DNA of 62,674 nt, the filler included, from Vannella sp. (Eukaryota), in NCBI GenBank assembly GCA_023345925.1. It is 5 parts of 5 records of this genome, joined end to end, with 100 filler letters (N's around TTAATTAATTAA, not from the genome) between each part and the next. Parts side by side here need not be neighbours in the genome. Positions count along the whole stretch, not along the records: positions 20,554 to 45,239 come from JAJQQN010001404.1; 4 more parts are not named here. One strand, written 5' to 3'. Positions 21,718-34,100 of this stretch are shown here, in pieces. The stretch's first letter is position 1, and each line of letters starts with the position of its first letter. A model generated the notes under the pieces. The model made no database searches, was not told the origin of the DNA, and was given only the letters and a program-made list of their open reading frames with translations. The translations under genes and the position numbers were made by a program.

Positions 21718-24171
21718 CTACCTCTGTTTCTTGATCTTCAGTACGCGGGGATGATTTCTATAGCTAGGTTGGGAGGTAAAGTAGAGTTCTACCATCTTGC
21801 GAACCTTGCCATTCATTGTGGCTGGGTCGGGCATTCGATAAGAGTTCCTCTCCTCTTTCTCCACCAGCTGGTGACTGAGTTTCCGGCATATCTTTTTGAA
21901 TTCCTCTTTCTCGATGGCTCCATCTCGTTTGAACAATGTCACTTCTCGGACAACTGCTTCGCTGCAAAACTTTTTACACAATATCCTGGCTTCCTCCAAT
22001 CCTGCGTCGATCTTGGGACTAAAAGATCTCACATCCATTGACGGAGGAGAAGGGATTTCATCAAAGGGACTGAGACGCAGATAGGCTGGTGGGTCCACTC
22101 GCGGTCGCTTGACAGGAAGCTGGCTCATTGGTCCCCATCCCATTGATTCTGTAGCTCCATATCCAGAAAAGGGTTCCTCTGGAAAAGGTGGATGTGGGAG
22201 TGTCAGATGACTGTTTGAGAGAGAGCCAAGGGTCGCATTTGGAGAAAGGTCTGGAAAGCCAGATATGAAAGGCCTTGGGGAATCAAACTGATTGTAGGAA
22301 GGTTCAGGTGGCCTAATGAAGTAATGTGGCTGAATAGGAATGTCTTCTGGGGGGGTTTGGTGAGGAAGTCTTGCGACTGGAGATTCAGGTGGCCTGATTA
22401 AGTAACGTGATTGAATAGAGAGGTCTTCTTGGGATTTCTGGTAAGAAAGTCTTGCAGCTATCCCGAACTCTAAAGGTGGCTCCCACTGCGGCTTAGCATA
22501 AATAGGACCTGCCCTTGGCCGTTCCATGGGCGGAGGTGTAAAGAAGGCGTCAAAGCTATTTGAGTCCGTTTGATCCCACCTTTTGGCCCTTTTCTGCTTG
22601 GAATGTAAGGGAGGGCCTGATCCACGCCTGTCCTGTGGTATTGAAACTTCTCTTTCTCTTTGCTGAGATGAAAAAAGTGAAAGTGGTTCAGTCCTTCCAT
22701 CCCTGCCCCGCTGCAGAGAGGGGGCTGGTTCAGTTCTTTCATCTCTTTCTCGTCGTTGAGACGATGAGGGTGGTTCATTCCTTCCAACCCTATTCTCCAT
22801 ACCCCAATTCAAATGAGGTTGATGATCGAGGCGCTCTTTGTGAAGAGATTTGGCTGATGAGTTCTGGAAGCTCCTAGAACTAGGGAGATCCCAGTCAGTC
22901 GAATGACTTAAGCTCCTCCCAGGATTTGGTCTCGACTCCTTCAATGGAGGAGCCCGTACATCTAAATTCCGATGAGCGGAATTACTAGGAAGAACAGAAG
23001 TCGGAATGAGCGCTGACAGAGGGAAATCCTCCGAACCAGGTGGGCCAGTGGGATGAGAGGTGGACTTATTCCAAGTCACACTGAGAGGCTTCGGAATTAT
23101 CCTCTCTGCTGCTCTCTGAGGAACTGGAGCTAGAATAGGATCCAAGTGCATTCCTGGAGGGCGAAGCCCAACGCTAGGACTTGCGAAAAGTGTTGGTAGA
23201 ACCACTGACAGCGCTGGAGTAACAGGAGCCGCAACAGGCTTTGGAAGTGCAGCTTCAAAACTGGTATTTGGAGCCCGCGAGTCTTGTCTTGGTGAAGGCT
23301 GAGGAGGTGGACGTGGAGGACGTGTTAAAGGTGACTGAATGCCTTGTCGTGGTGAAGATTCTGTGGCAGGAGAAGAGCGAGATAAAGGCGGACGACTAGC
23401 TGGAGGCGGTAGTGGCCGCTTCTCTGGTGTCTGAGAGGCGCTCCCGGGAGACCGAGGAGCGGCGATTGGATTTGAGATATTTGAACTTCCTGGAGCTCTC
23501 TTGCGCCAAAGACCTTCACCCTCTGATGCTGAAGAGTCTTCCTGCCACTTAAAGCGCTTCTTCCTTCGCTTAGGAGGAGGAAGCGCCCTATCCACAGCAG
23601 GCTCTTCGAAAGGAGTGCTTTCGATCAGTTTCACGTTCGCCCTCTTTCTCTTGTTTTGCTTGATCTCTTTGGGCGGTGATAGAGGTGCCTCCAAGACAGG
23701 AGAGATGCGCTTGAGCCGCTTCTTCTTCGTGGGAGGCTCCATCTTGATATCAGGGGCGCTGTCTGAAGAAGATTCGGGCTCTACCTTTGCCTCCTGATCT
23801 GATTCCGTAGGTTCTCCATCTGTATCTTCTTCTGCTGCAAGAGTACCTCCAGGGGAAGCCTCCTGTGGAAGACATATCTCAGGATCCTCCTCCGTATCAC
23901 TCCCAGATGAGATCTCCTCCCCATTCAGAGACCTAGTATAGTCTACGATCCTTTCATAGTCATCACATGAATAGAAAAGCGCTGAACGGACCTCCAAACT
24001 ACCAAGAACATCAACAACACAACCACAACCGTACAGCTCGTCCACTCACCGATGAAAGGGTCCTAAAAACGTATCAAACAGCTCCTCGTGCCTAACTTCA
24101 CGCACCGCAACGATCGAAAGGGAGTCCCCATCGCACTGGATGGTATCCTCCTCCCCGTCCCGCTCCGCCAT
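21718..24171 (-). CDS. Pro/Ser-rich protein with C-terminal SRI (Set2-Rpb1 interacting) domain; 2 exons
   Basis: C-terminal FCSEAVVREVTLFKRDGAIEKEEFKKICRKLSHQLVEKE..KVRKMVELYF. 5' exon MAERDGEEDTIQC..GPFHR is joined by a GTGAGT..GGTAG intron at ~23999-24049. Confidence 0.7.
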
Positions 24172-24245
24172 GTCCGATCGCCCTCACTAGCCCAAAGGTC
24201 TCCAAACACTGCCTTTTCTTCCAATTCATTTCTTATTGGCGTTTG

Positions 24246-25314
24246 ATGTTGCGCACTCGTGCCGTCCTTCGCTTGGGAGCTGCCCTTCCTCGAGTGGGTT
24301 TGGTGCCACGCCGTGCGTTCAGTGGTGAGTTGAGAGCTTGTTGTGGTTCTTTCTGACTTGTGGTTGATAGGCGCTGTTCCTAATGCGCGTGTGAGTATGG
24401 CGCAGCGTGGTGAGGCGCTTTGCAACGCGCTCTTGAAGGTGAAGCCAACTCGCCCTGTCAACTACTTTCTGTGGTCCCTTTTGGGCTTCTGTTTGTACGT
24501 TCCTGTCAATGCGTTCAAGGCCCACTCGGCCAACTACGACCAAGTTCGTGAGGACATTGAGGGTATCCTTGACGAGGAAGGTTACGATGACGGCTCTCTC
24601 GGCCCTGTTTTCATTCGTCTTGCATGGCATTCTTCAGGCACTTACTGTGTCTTCTCCAAGACTGGAGGAAGCAATGGTGCTAACATGCGCTTCGAGCCAG
24701 AGAGCAAGCATGGCGCGAACGCGGGTCTGGACTTTGCTCGCAACAAGCTCGAAAGCATCAAGAAGAAGCACCCAGAGGTAAGCTATGCAGACCTGTACGT
24801 TCTTGCTTCTGTTGTGGCCATTGAGGCGATGGGAGGCCCCAAAATCAAGTTCACACCTGGTCGCACCGATAGCAAGGATAACAAGCAGTGCACTCCCGAT
24901 GGTAGACTTCCAGACGCAACTAAGGGAAGGGACCATATCCGAGCGGTCTTCTACCGAATGGGATTCTCTGACGAGGAGACTGTGGCTCTCATCGGTGGTG
25001 GCCATGCCATTGGGCGCTGCCACACCGACCGCAGTGGCTTCACAGGTCCTTGGACTAACAGTCCAACAATGTTCACCAACGATTACTTCGTTCAACTCCT
25101 CGAGAACACGTGGACCGAGAAGAAGTGGGACGGACCCAAGCAGTTTGAAGATCCCACTGGCCAACTGATGATGCTCCCCACTGACATGGAGCTCCGAGAC
25201 GATCCCGAGTTCCGCAAGTACTCCGAAAAGTTTGCCAAGGACGAGAAAGCTTTCTTCGCAGCCTTCGCCACAGCCTACGAGAAGCTTACCAACCTCGGAT
25301 GCCCCAAACAATAA
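24246..25314 (+). CDS. CCP1: Mitochondrial cytochrome c peroxidase (class I heme peroxidase); 2 exons
   Basis: Distal FIRLAWHSSGTY, proximal GGGHAIGRCH, SGFTGPWT (Trp191 equivalent) and LMMLPTDM. Exon 1 24246-24324 encodes presequence MLRTRAVLRLGAALPRVGLVPRRAFS; intron 24325-24370. Confidence 0.92.
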
Positions 25315-25422
25315 TCAGACCCACCCACACCATTCATTAGCATTAATTCAATAAACCAGAGGGCTGCATCCATTTATTTATTTATTAGACCGCTTTAAAA
25401 TTCACTTTCCTTCTTGCCTCTG

Positions 25423-25713
25423 ATGCCGCTCGTCCGCTCTGCTGCTCTCGCTGTTGCGCCTGTGTACCGTTCCTCTGCGGTGCAGTTTGTTGGGAGAAGA
25501 ACCTTCTCTGGTAGGTGTTCACTTTGAAAGGGAAACACTGGTGTTAATGAGAATATAGCTCAAACTCCCCAAACCCGCCCCACCATCATCCAGCGAAATG
25601 AGGCCCGCTACAACGCCCACTACAAGGGTAAGCCCAGACGCCCTATCAACTTCTGGTTGTACTCCATTGTTGGCTACTGCCTCCTTGTGCCCATCGGCCT
25701 CTTCGAGGCATAA
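25423..25713 (+). CDS. 80-aa mitochondrial-type single-TM microprotein, paralogous to the CCP N-terminal extension; 2 exons (not in ORF track)
   Basis: Exon 1 25423-25510, intron 25511-25558 (GTAGGT..ATAG), exon 2 25559-25713. Product: MPLVRSAALAVAPVYRSSAVQFVGRRTFSAQTPQTRPTIIQRNEARYNAHYKGKPRRPINFWLYSIVGYCLLVPIGLFEA*. Confidence 0.85.
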
Positions 25714-25819
25714 ACCCAACGAAAGTGCTCCACTCCTAATCTAAATGCACATCAAATCATTCTCATTCTTCTCTTCTGATATTTGACACTTTCTCAAACT
25801 GCCCTCTTGACGAGGCGCG

Positions 25820-26672
25820 ATGAGCCATCCGAGCCCTACTCTACGACGGAGAGGGACGAAGGGATCGACTGCTCTGCCAGGTATGATGAATCATGAGGTA
25901 GGCAAGGGATGGCTGATCGGTAGAGGAAGATCAAAAGGCGAAGAGTTCACAAGAACGGCCAGTCACCTTGGCTACCGAAACGGGGAGGGCATCGTCCCCT
26001 CGCTCAACAGGAGCTCCACAGCAGAAGCTTCTGTGGGTACCCTTCCTTACTATATCACAGCGCCCAATAGATGCAGTCCTGATATGCTACTTCTTCTGGT
26101 CGTTCATTGCCACCTACTTCTTTGCCATTCAGCAGGCCACTGGTACGAGGAATGAGCTCTTTGAGGAACCAAACGCATCTTACTCTATCCAGGAATCGAC
26201 TTTGACTTCCCTAGAGGAGTGATTTACCCTCCTCCCTTCCTTGTGAACCTCTTTCTCTGGTGGGGACGTACTTATCAGCCCCTCTGCTTGATCAATATCC
26301 TTTCCCAAGTCTCTCCCCTTCCTCACTCCTCTTGCCAATGCTCCTTAACCCTTCTTACATCCGTTATTCTTTAGAGCACTGCAGGTAGTCAACGTGGTGC
26401 TCTTTGGGCCCTTCTTCCTGTTCGCCATCTTCACTTTCATTCGTGGGCTCAACTGGATACGCACACCTGCGCTGATTTGGGCAGTATGCTCGCTCCAGGG
26501 GTTAGGACTGGTCATTGCGGAGGACTTCTTTGGTGTGTACGCCACGCATCACACCTCTCCAGTTCTCTACGGCTACTATGGCTTCCACATTGTAATGGCC
26601 CTCACCGTACTCTATCGCACGTACTCCCCCTTCCCCTTTGGTGGCTACATTCGCTTGGTCAACGCCGCCTGA
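25820..26672 (+). CDS. EXPERA-domain (EBP/TMEM97/TM6SF-like) membrane protein; multi-exon
   Basis: RPIDAVLICYFFWSFIATYFF, LWWGRTYQPL, VLFGPFFLFAIFTFIRGLNWIRTPALIWA and several TM helices. Exon structure is approximate. Confidence 0.65.
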
Positions 26673-26748
26673 GCACTTCCGAAACGGCCGTGCTGTAAAT
26701 ACAGTCCTCCTCCGCACGCAGGTCCGTTTGAGGCATTGTCACTCTGCT

Positions 26749-27111
26749 TTAGTTGTAGTTGTAGTAGAGGAAAGTGTTGTACAAGGAGAGGGACAGCGAT
26801 AAGGTGGCCACCAGCCCCGCGGGCATGAACTTGCCCGAGTTGATGAAGCGCATGCCCATCATAAGGCCCAGAACCAAGGCATAAGCTACATAAGGAACAT
26901 CAGTCCTGTTTCTACCTGCTCAGAAAGAAGAAGTCCACCAACCAATGGAGAGCTGATAGCCAAAGCGAGAAGGAATCTTCAGTCCCGCATACACAAGCAC
27001 AGCAGTAGAGAGCAGACCCATCACCAGGGACATGACACTCCCCGACTTGACAAAGCCAAACACACCACCAATCCCTACAATCACGCCAACCAACACAGAA
27101 GGCGCAGTCAT
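26749..27111 (-). CDS. TMEM14 family protein; 2 exons
   Basis: VGIGGVFGFVKSGSVMSLVMGL .. |AYALVLGLMMGMRFINSGKFMPAGLVA, which contains the TMEM14 signature SGKFMPAG. Confidence 0.9.
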
Positions 27112-27228
27112 GACCGAAAGAAGCCCCCAAAGAAGAATGACGAGTCACCAACTGGCCAACTGGTGGCCTCACTTCTCCCCTTGAGGAGGGGAGTCATTCA
27201 ACGAGTCCAATACCATTTATTTGTTCAA

Positions 27229-29503
27229 ATGAACCTCTTCAGGAAGGTCGAGAGCTTCCTAGAGGAGGTGGATCAACATGCTGCCACCACGCTTAAGCGG
27301 CCCAATGAACGTGAGTGGGAGGTTGTGGGATGTTGCTTACTGATGGGGGAGTTGGTTAGTCTTGTCAAGCTTTGAGTCGAAGGGGAAACAGTCTCCGAAG
27401 GCTTCGGTAGAGGACTTGCAGCGGCTGGGTGTTGATACGGAGGAGCTTGGGCTTCATTTCGATCCGGAACTTGACATTGCACCTTCCTCTGCACCTTCTA
27501 AGCTCTCAGTAGGGATACCAGTGCTACCGTATGCATCAGGGGCTAAGTGAAGGGATTCAGGTGGCTCGTTCGGAGCCCATTCACCCTCCCACGCCAGCCT
27601 CCAAACTGGAAGAGGTTGGAGTAGACAGAGACCTTCTCGAAGCAGCTTTAGATCCTCTTGTGGACGAAGGCGGAGCACCGCCAGGCGAGAGCGCTGCTGA
27701 GGAGCAACAAGCAAAGCGGAGGGGAGAACAGAAGCTGATCCAATCGCTTCAGATCAAACTACGTACTGCAGAAGGACAGATCGCTACGCTAGAGGATCAG
27801 CAGACGCAGATCCTTGCCAAGTACAAGACCTTCCAAGGAGTTTACCAGAAACAGAAGAACCAACTCGTAGAGACGCTCCAAGACCGTCACACACTCGAAG
27901 AGAGTCAACGCTTGATGGAAGATCGCACCAATGAGCTTCAGAAGGAGCTGGAGACTGTCAATCAGCTCCATTCCAACCTCCAGCTGCGATTCAAGCAGAA
28001 GAGCGACGAACACGATATCGCCAAGTCAGAGTACCGAGCGTTGACAGATAAGCTTTCCAGTCGCCAAAGCGTGGAGAAGAAGAGTGAGGAGTCCCTTCAG
28101 AAGGTCCACGAAGGGGCATTGCTTCGCATTGAGGAGTTGGAGGCGGAGCTGGAGCAGCAAAGAGCCTCACAGGAAGAGACTTCCACGCGTGCGAAGCAGA
28201 AGGAGGGCCAGTTAGAGCAGAGGATGGAAGAGTACTCTCAGTCTCTAGTCCAAGCCCAACAAGAGGCTCAGCAACTCAGTTCAAGCAACCAGCAGCTCCT
28301 CAAAGACCTGGAATCACAGAAACGCCAAAGGCAGAAGGCCGAGAACCAGCTCAAAGAGTTGAAGACGCTCGAGACAGTCACTATTCGCGAGTTGAATGGG
28401 AAGATAGAACAGCTCACAGAAAGCCAGGATGGAGTGCCAGCTGATCTGGAAGAGGTCAGACAGTTGGCGGAGGAGAGGGACCGTCTAGCCACTCAACTGG
28501 AAGAGGCCAAACAGCAGATCAACGACCTGAATAACTCTATTTACGTGGGTTGGCAAGGCTTTGAAAGCACGGGGACTAATGTACTGAAAAGGAATATGAA
28601 GGGCAGATGAATGAGGCCCACCAGAAGCTGCAACGCTCTCTGGATGAGACTAATTCAGTATTAGAGAAGGAAAGGCAGAAGGGTTCGTCTCTCCAGAAGG
28701 AGATGGCCGTTCGAACGAAGCAGCTTATCGCTGCTCGCGAAAGAAACGAGCAGATTGAAGCAATGCATCAAACTACCCTTCAAGAGAAGGATGCAGAGCT
28801 TGCACGACTTTCGGGCCAAGTAGGTTCTTCCCATATGAATATAGTGACTTACTTGGGCCCAGGTCCGGCTCAGAAACACTCCTGGAGAGTTGGAGAGCCA
28901 GTTACAGCAACTGAGAGATAATATTGAGCAAAAGCAACTCAGAATAGACACATTAAGTAGTGAGAATGCCACTCTAGCTCACCAATTGAGGTCAAGTGTG
29001 AGTTTCCTTTCCTCCTGTGGTCCACATTAGCTTACTTGAGAAGTCCCGTTCAAGAGGAGAAGCACAACTTGAGATGGCAGTCCCATTCTCTAGCCGAAAA
29101 GGGGCTTCTCGAGGCCTTCTTGATGGAGAACTCGACGACAATGACAAGTTCTCTGGCCGAATCACTCCCTTGATGGCTTTGGCACCTTCTTTAGCCATCT
29201 CTGAATCATGGGGAGCCCAGAAAATAGTGGTTGCAGCGCGCACGTTGGATAACTTCTCGTGAGAAGAGACCCACAAAAACACTCTTTCAGAAACTCATTT
29301 CTCGCAGAACCCACCTCCAGGACTCTCTCCGAACCCACCCAGCCTTCCGACTGGCACTTTTAGTGTATTTGGTATGTTCTTTACCTCTCCCACAGGCGCC
29401 TTCTCACCCCAAAAGGCAGATTCTTCTTCACCTTTGGTTCCTCTCCGCTTTTGTCTTCTCGAAAGGCCACGCCGTTGCCACTGCCAGTCCCTTACCTCAA
29501 TAA
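27229..29503 (+). CDS. Golgin-84 (GOLGA5)-like coiled-coil protein with C-terminal TM anchor; multi-exon
   Basis: N-terminal capture motif MNLFRKVESFLEEVDQHAATTL, long coiled coil, and C-terminal LDNF..LRTHPAFRLALLVYL|ILLHLWFL. Confidence 0.82.
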
Positions 29504-29544
29504 AATGCTTCCTACTGCAAAACGAGTCACTTTTAGGGTATCTG

Positions 29545-31020
29545 ATGAAGCGGGCCAGCGCGGGACCCGAACCGGTTTGCAAGAAGGCCAAGAAGGTGAC
29601 TTTCTCTGTGCCAGAGGAGGAGATAGAGGAGGAGGATGGGCCTTGTGAGGTTCAGAGAATGCTCTCTCACCCTGTGGGAGTCCAACCGTGGGGAAACATC
29701 TTCTTGGATGATCAAGGACCTGAGAAAGCGGGGCGCCTTCGTCTAGGACTCGGTCCCATGGCTTCCTTTACAGATGATCTGATACTCGATGTATTGGGTT
29801 ACCTTGATCCGACTTCCTTGGCGCTGATAGGGCGAGTGAGTCCTGCGCTGTACGCATTTTCTCGCGAGGACTCTTTGTGGCGCCCTCTGGTTCTGGAGGA
29901 GTACGGGGGCCACTTTCACTTCCATTCCACTTGGAGAGAGACCTTTCTGTTGTCTATAGCTAAGAGCCGAGGCCTCTCCTCGCTGGAACTAAGTCCGCTT
30001 TTGAATGTGGCGGGACTCTATTCCGATTATCTGTTCCAACTCTGGCGCTGTGCCAGTGCTGATCTTGAGCAATGGACAACCGTTGACAATGTTGATCGTA
30101 GAAGTGACTTGACCTTGGAAGAGTTCGTAGAACAGTACGAGAGGCCAGGAAAACCGGTCATTCTTACCGGGATTGTGCCCAAATGGTTGGCATTCTCTGG
30201 AGAGCAGGCTGAACGGACATGGACTTGCGAGAACTTCCTCAAGCGCTTCGGAGATGTCTCTTTCAAGGCTGGAGCAGTGGAAATGACACTCCATGAGTAC
30301 TGGAACTACGCCAGGCAGACTCAAGAAGAGTCTCCCATCTATCTATTTGATTACGAGTTCATCGAGAAAGCTCCTGCGCTAGGCGAGGAGTACCAAGTAG
30401 AGTCCTACTTTGCAAAAGACTATTTCTCACTTCTCGATGACTTGCCCCGGATACGTCCCAGTTACCGTTGGATCCTCATTGGACCACCCCGGTCCGGTTC
30501 TACCTTCCACAAAGACCCCAACTACACCTCTGCTTGGAACGGAGTGATATCGGGGCGGAAGAAGTGGATTCTCTTCCCTCCAGAGCATACACCACCTGGT
30601 GTCATCCCTAGCTGCGATGAATTGGATGTGACAACTCCTATTTCTGTGACAGAGTGGTTCCTCAACTTCTACAGCCAAGCCAGGAAGGAGAAGCCCTACG
30701 AATGTGTCCAAAAGGCCGGCGAACTCCTTTTCATTCCCCACCGATGGTGGCATTCGGCCTTGAACCTTGAAGAGTGCGTTGCTGTCACCCAAAACTACGT
30801 GAATGATCAGAACCTCATTCATGTCCTTAATTTCCTCAAGAAATGCAACAAGAAGCGAATCATTGAGCCTCTCGAGGCTCGTTTAGAACAGACACAGCCT
30901 GGACTTCTCGCCAAGCTTCAAGCTGCCCACGACAAAGCAACCCACACCTCTTCCTCTGCATGGGAGAAGCTCATGGCCAACACAGAGAGCGAGCCAGTCT
31001 TCAAATTCTCGTTCCAATAA
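29545..31020 (+). CDS. F-box + JmjC domain protein (JMJD6-like family)
   Basis: F-box FTDDLILDVLGYLDPTSLALIGRVS. JmjC RPSYRWILIGPPRSGSTFHKDPNYTSAWN..GRKKW..FIPHRWWHSALN with the H-x-D...H triad. Confidence 0.92.
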   Translation: MKRASAGPEPVCKKAKKVTFSVPEEEIEEEDGPCEVQRMLSHPVGVQPWGNIFLDDQGPEKAGRLRLGLGPMASFTDDLILDVLGYLDPTSLALIGRVSPALYAFSREDSLWRPLVLEEYGGHFHFHSTWRETFLLSIAKSRGLSSLELSPLLNVAGLYSDYLFQLWRCASADLEQWTTVDNVDRRSDLTLEEFVEQYERPGKPVILTGIVPKWLAFSGEQAERTWTCENFLKRFGDVSFKAGAVEMTLHEYWNYARQTQEESPIYLFDYEFIEKAPALGEEYQVESYFAKDYFSLLDDLPRIRPSYRWILIGPPRSGSTFHKDPNYTSAWNGVISGRKKWILFPPEHTPPGVIPSCDELDVTTPISVTEWFLNFYSQARKEKPYECVQKAGELLFIPHRWWHSALNLEECVAVTQNYVNDQNLIHVLNFLKKCNKKRIIEPLEARLEQTQPGLLAKLQAAHDKATHTSSSAWEKLMANTESEPVFKFSFQ

Positions 31021-31115
31021 GAACCTTTCCCCTTTTCCCGCCTTTTTTTTACGACCGGCCGTTTACCTTTTTTTCTGGGTTTTCCTTCGTTAAAAAGCTA
31101 TTTTATAACTCAAAG

Positions 31116-34100
31116 ATGGCAAAAGAATCATTTTCTGATCAGCTTGAGCCCTTTGGCATGAGCAAGCCGGGGAATGACCTGGAAGGGCGTCCTGGTACGG
31201 TGCGGGGGAGGGGACTGAGTAGAAGTACCTCGGAGAAGTTTGAAGGGTCGAGTGAGGCTCGGGATGCCATCAACAGCTTGGGATGGGCAGTTACGAAGAC
31301 CTACTCAGTCATCCCTGGGCCTCGGCACGTCTCCCCTGTCGTAGCAGCAAGGCAGACACCCACAATACCTGAGCCTATACGAAAGCGCTCATCACGTCGC
31401 ACCAAAGCACCATCAGGAGATACGGACGTACCACGCTCAGTTCCTCTTCTTCTTGCGAGCCGTTCACGATCAGATCTCAGCTCCAGCGCACAGGAGCTTC
31501 CCGCTACTATCCCACCATCAAACCAACCAGAAGTGGAAGACTCTCCACCCCGCCAAGGGAGGAGAAAACTCCGAACTTCGAGCCCAACGATGAAAGAGGT
31601 GTCTCCTCCGGACAGCGCCGAGGATGCGGCCGTTGAGCGCACAGAAGTCGAAACGCAACAAGAGGTTGTCGTAGAAAACACTGCATTGAGAGCTCGGCGC
31701 TTCTGGGACGAACGGGAACGAGCCCTTCGACAGACAGCTTCCGAACCTGTGATCATCCCTGATGCTCCAAAACCAGCATTACCAGCACCCTCCAGCACCT
31801 CTGACATGATGTTAGAAAGGACAGTAGAGACGCCTGATCCCACCAGCCCTGGTCAGGTAAGGACAATCAACCGCGCCCTGGAAGGAGTTCGGGTGATGGG
31901 CGCTCCTTCTCCCTCCCAAAGCCGGAGGAGACCAACCCTACTTGAGATTTCTTCTGGAGTAAGCAGTCCTAAGGAGTTCTACCGGTCTGTGCGTCTCCTG
32001 ACAGAGTTCACGATGCCATCCGAACGGGCTTTTCAAAAACTCCTTCAACTTGAGGGCCTAGAGAATGTGGAGTGGGCTGGCTATGAGAAGTCTTTTGCTC
32101 GTGCAGCCCAGCAGGCACCAGACCACCTGGCACAGTTATTTGACCTATTCAGATACGATGTTGTTGTTTCCACTTGGCCTCGCCCTCAAACAGATCCTTC
32201 GCAGCACGACAATTTGGTGCGTTTGGGATGCATGGTTATACGTTAGATTGCTCACTGATGCTTAGATTGCGCTGGCTTCCGATACGAAGCTGAATTGGTT
32301 CTCGAGGGAATGTGCCAGGTGTCTAACCAATGACTGGAAGGTTGTTGAGGGCTCTTTGTTTGATCATGGTCTAGATGGTACCACAAGGAGGAGTTCACGA
32401 GCAGTGCTGACGGTCAATGTTAACCAAGAGACACTTTCTGGGAATGATTCTCAGCGGACAGTCCCAAACTCGAGGAGCTTCACTGATGGGGTGTTTAGTA
32501 GCACACGACTTTTGATATCAGAGGAAGATCGCTCCGCGAATAGCGAGGAGGCAGCGATTGACCCTCGCTTGTTTGAACAAAGTACTGGGGAAGCAGTCAC
32601 CGCAGTGCAAGAAGCCATGAAGCGACACTTGCCAAAGGATCTCTTTAAGGCTTTACATGAAGCCACAGACGATCCTCATTATCGATCTGACTCTGTTTCA
32701 TCCTCTTATCTCCTAAGTAGTGATCCTCAGGGTGTTGTCACATCCAAAAAGCTTTCTATTAGCTTCAGCAATCTTAGCTTCGTTAGTGGAGTCGAGGAAC
32801 CTCTCTATCTCTCAGCTACAGTTTACGACACATCCGGGATGAGACGGCTGAGTGAGACTTTCTATTTTGAGTTGAACGAAGAGCGCTTCTTGGGTCTCTT
32901 TAAGAAATCTTTGAGCGCCTTTGCCACAGCTCGTCAATGTGTCATGTCGCTTGGAAGCCATTCAAGGGAGAGTACTTTCTTGGTCATTCGTATTGACAAG
33001 CTGATTGGATCTGATGCAGACAAGGACCTTGGGCGCTTTCAAAAGCGACTGGTAAGCAGTCTCCGCCTTCACTGTATTGTTTTGTAGTAACCAACGCATA
33101 GCAGAAGAAGAATACAGCGATCCCTGCATTGGAACAATGGACTGAGAATGGTTTTGTTCGCCAACCTTATGTCTGGTCTGCGATACAGCTGTACAATGGA
33201 AAGAAGTCTCCGACAGAACAGGTCACAGTTGATGAGTTCATTCCGATTCGCGGGCCCTGGAGCGACGAATTCGTTTTTGAGCATTTGGGGAAGGAGCTTG
33301 AGCGAGGGCGCAAACCAATACCAGGCTTACTTGATGTTCAACTAGAGTTGCTTGATTGCTTCCCACTTAGTACGATTGACCCTTCCATGCGACCCTATCA
33401 GGCTTCCAAAGACACAGACACTCCATCTGCTGGTCTCATTAAGGAGGTCGAATGGTTCGGCAACAAGCTACATCCTTTCTTGTCCTATGTTAACAACCTC
33501 TACGTTCAACCGGAAGTGGTTTCTCTCCGCCACAGCCACGCTGCTGTTAGAGTACGAATTCAGCTTCTGGAGGATGATGTTGAGCCGTCTCTCATTCGAC
33601 CATTGGAAGTGATTTTCGCTCGTTGGGATGGTCGTATCCAATTATCAGAGGATTATACCGCAGTTTGTCTCAAGGACAAGAGATCCGCCTTTTCAGAGGA
33701 GATCAAAATGCAATTGCCCGGAGTCCTAACTGAGAAACATCATCTTTTATTCACTATTGTGGCTTACCCATCTGGACAGGCGCTTGGTTATGCCTATTCA
33801 CCTATCTTCAGCTCAACACATGGTGCTATTAAGGATGCGCTTCGCACGTTAACAGTATTCCCTGAGCTTAAAGCAGGGTATCTTAGCGAAGAAGTGCGCC
33901 CTGTCAAGATATCAGAGACGAGAAAGCCTTACATCTGTTTCCGAACGACTTTGGTCTCCAGCATCTATCCGGAGAGTAGTGCACTCTTCAGTCTATCCCA
34001 TGTTTTTAGTCCTGATGGTAGTATCAATGAGTCTTCCAAGCCCGAGCAGATCTTGCAAGCTGTTCACCGCCTTCCCTCTTCTATCTGCGTCACCTTCTTC

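Noticed and set aside
24634..25311. 225-aa antisense ORF over the peroxidase and similar shadow ORFs (e.g. 1160..1702, 31301..31843, 42596..43297, 59302..59859)
   Set aside because: Antisense or alternative-frame shadows of well-supported genes, with no recognisable domains.
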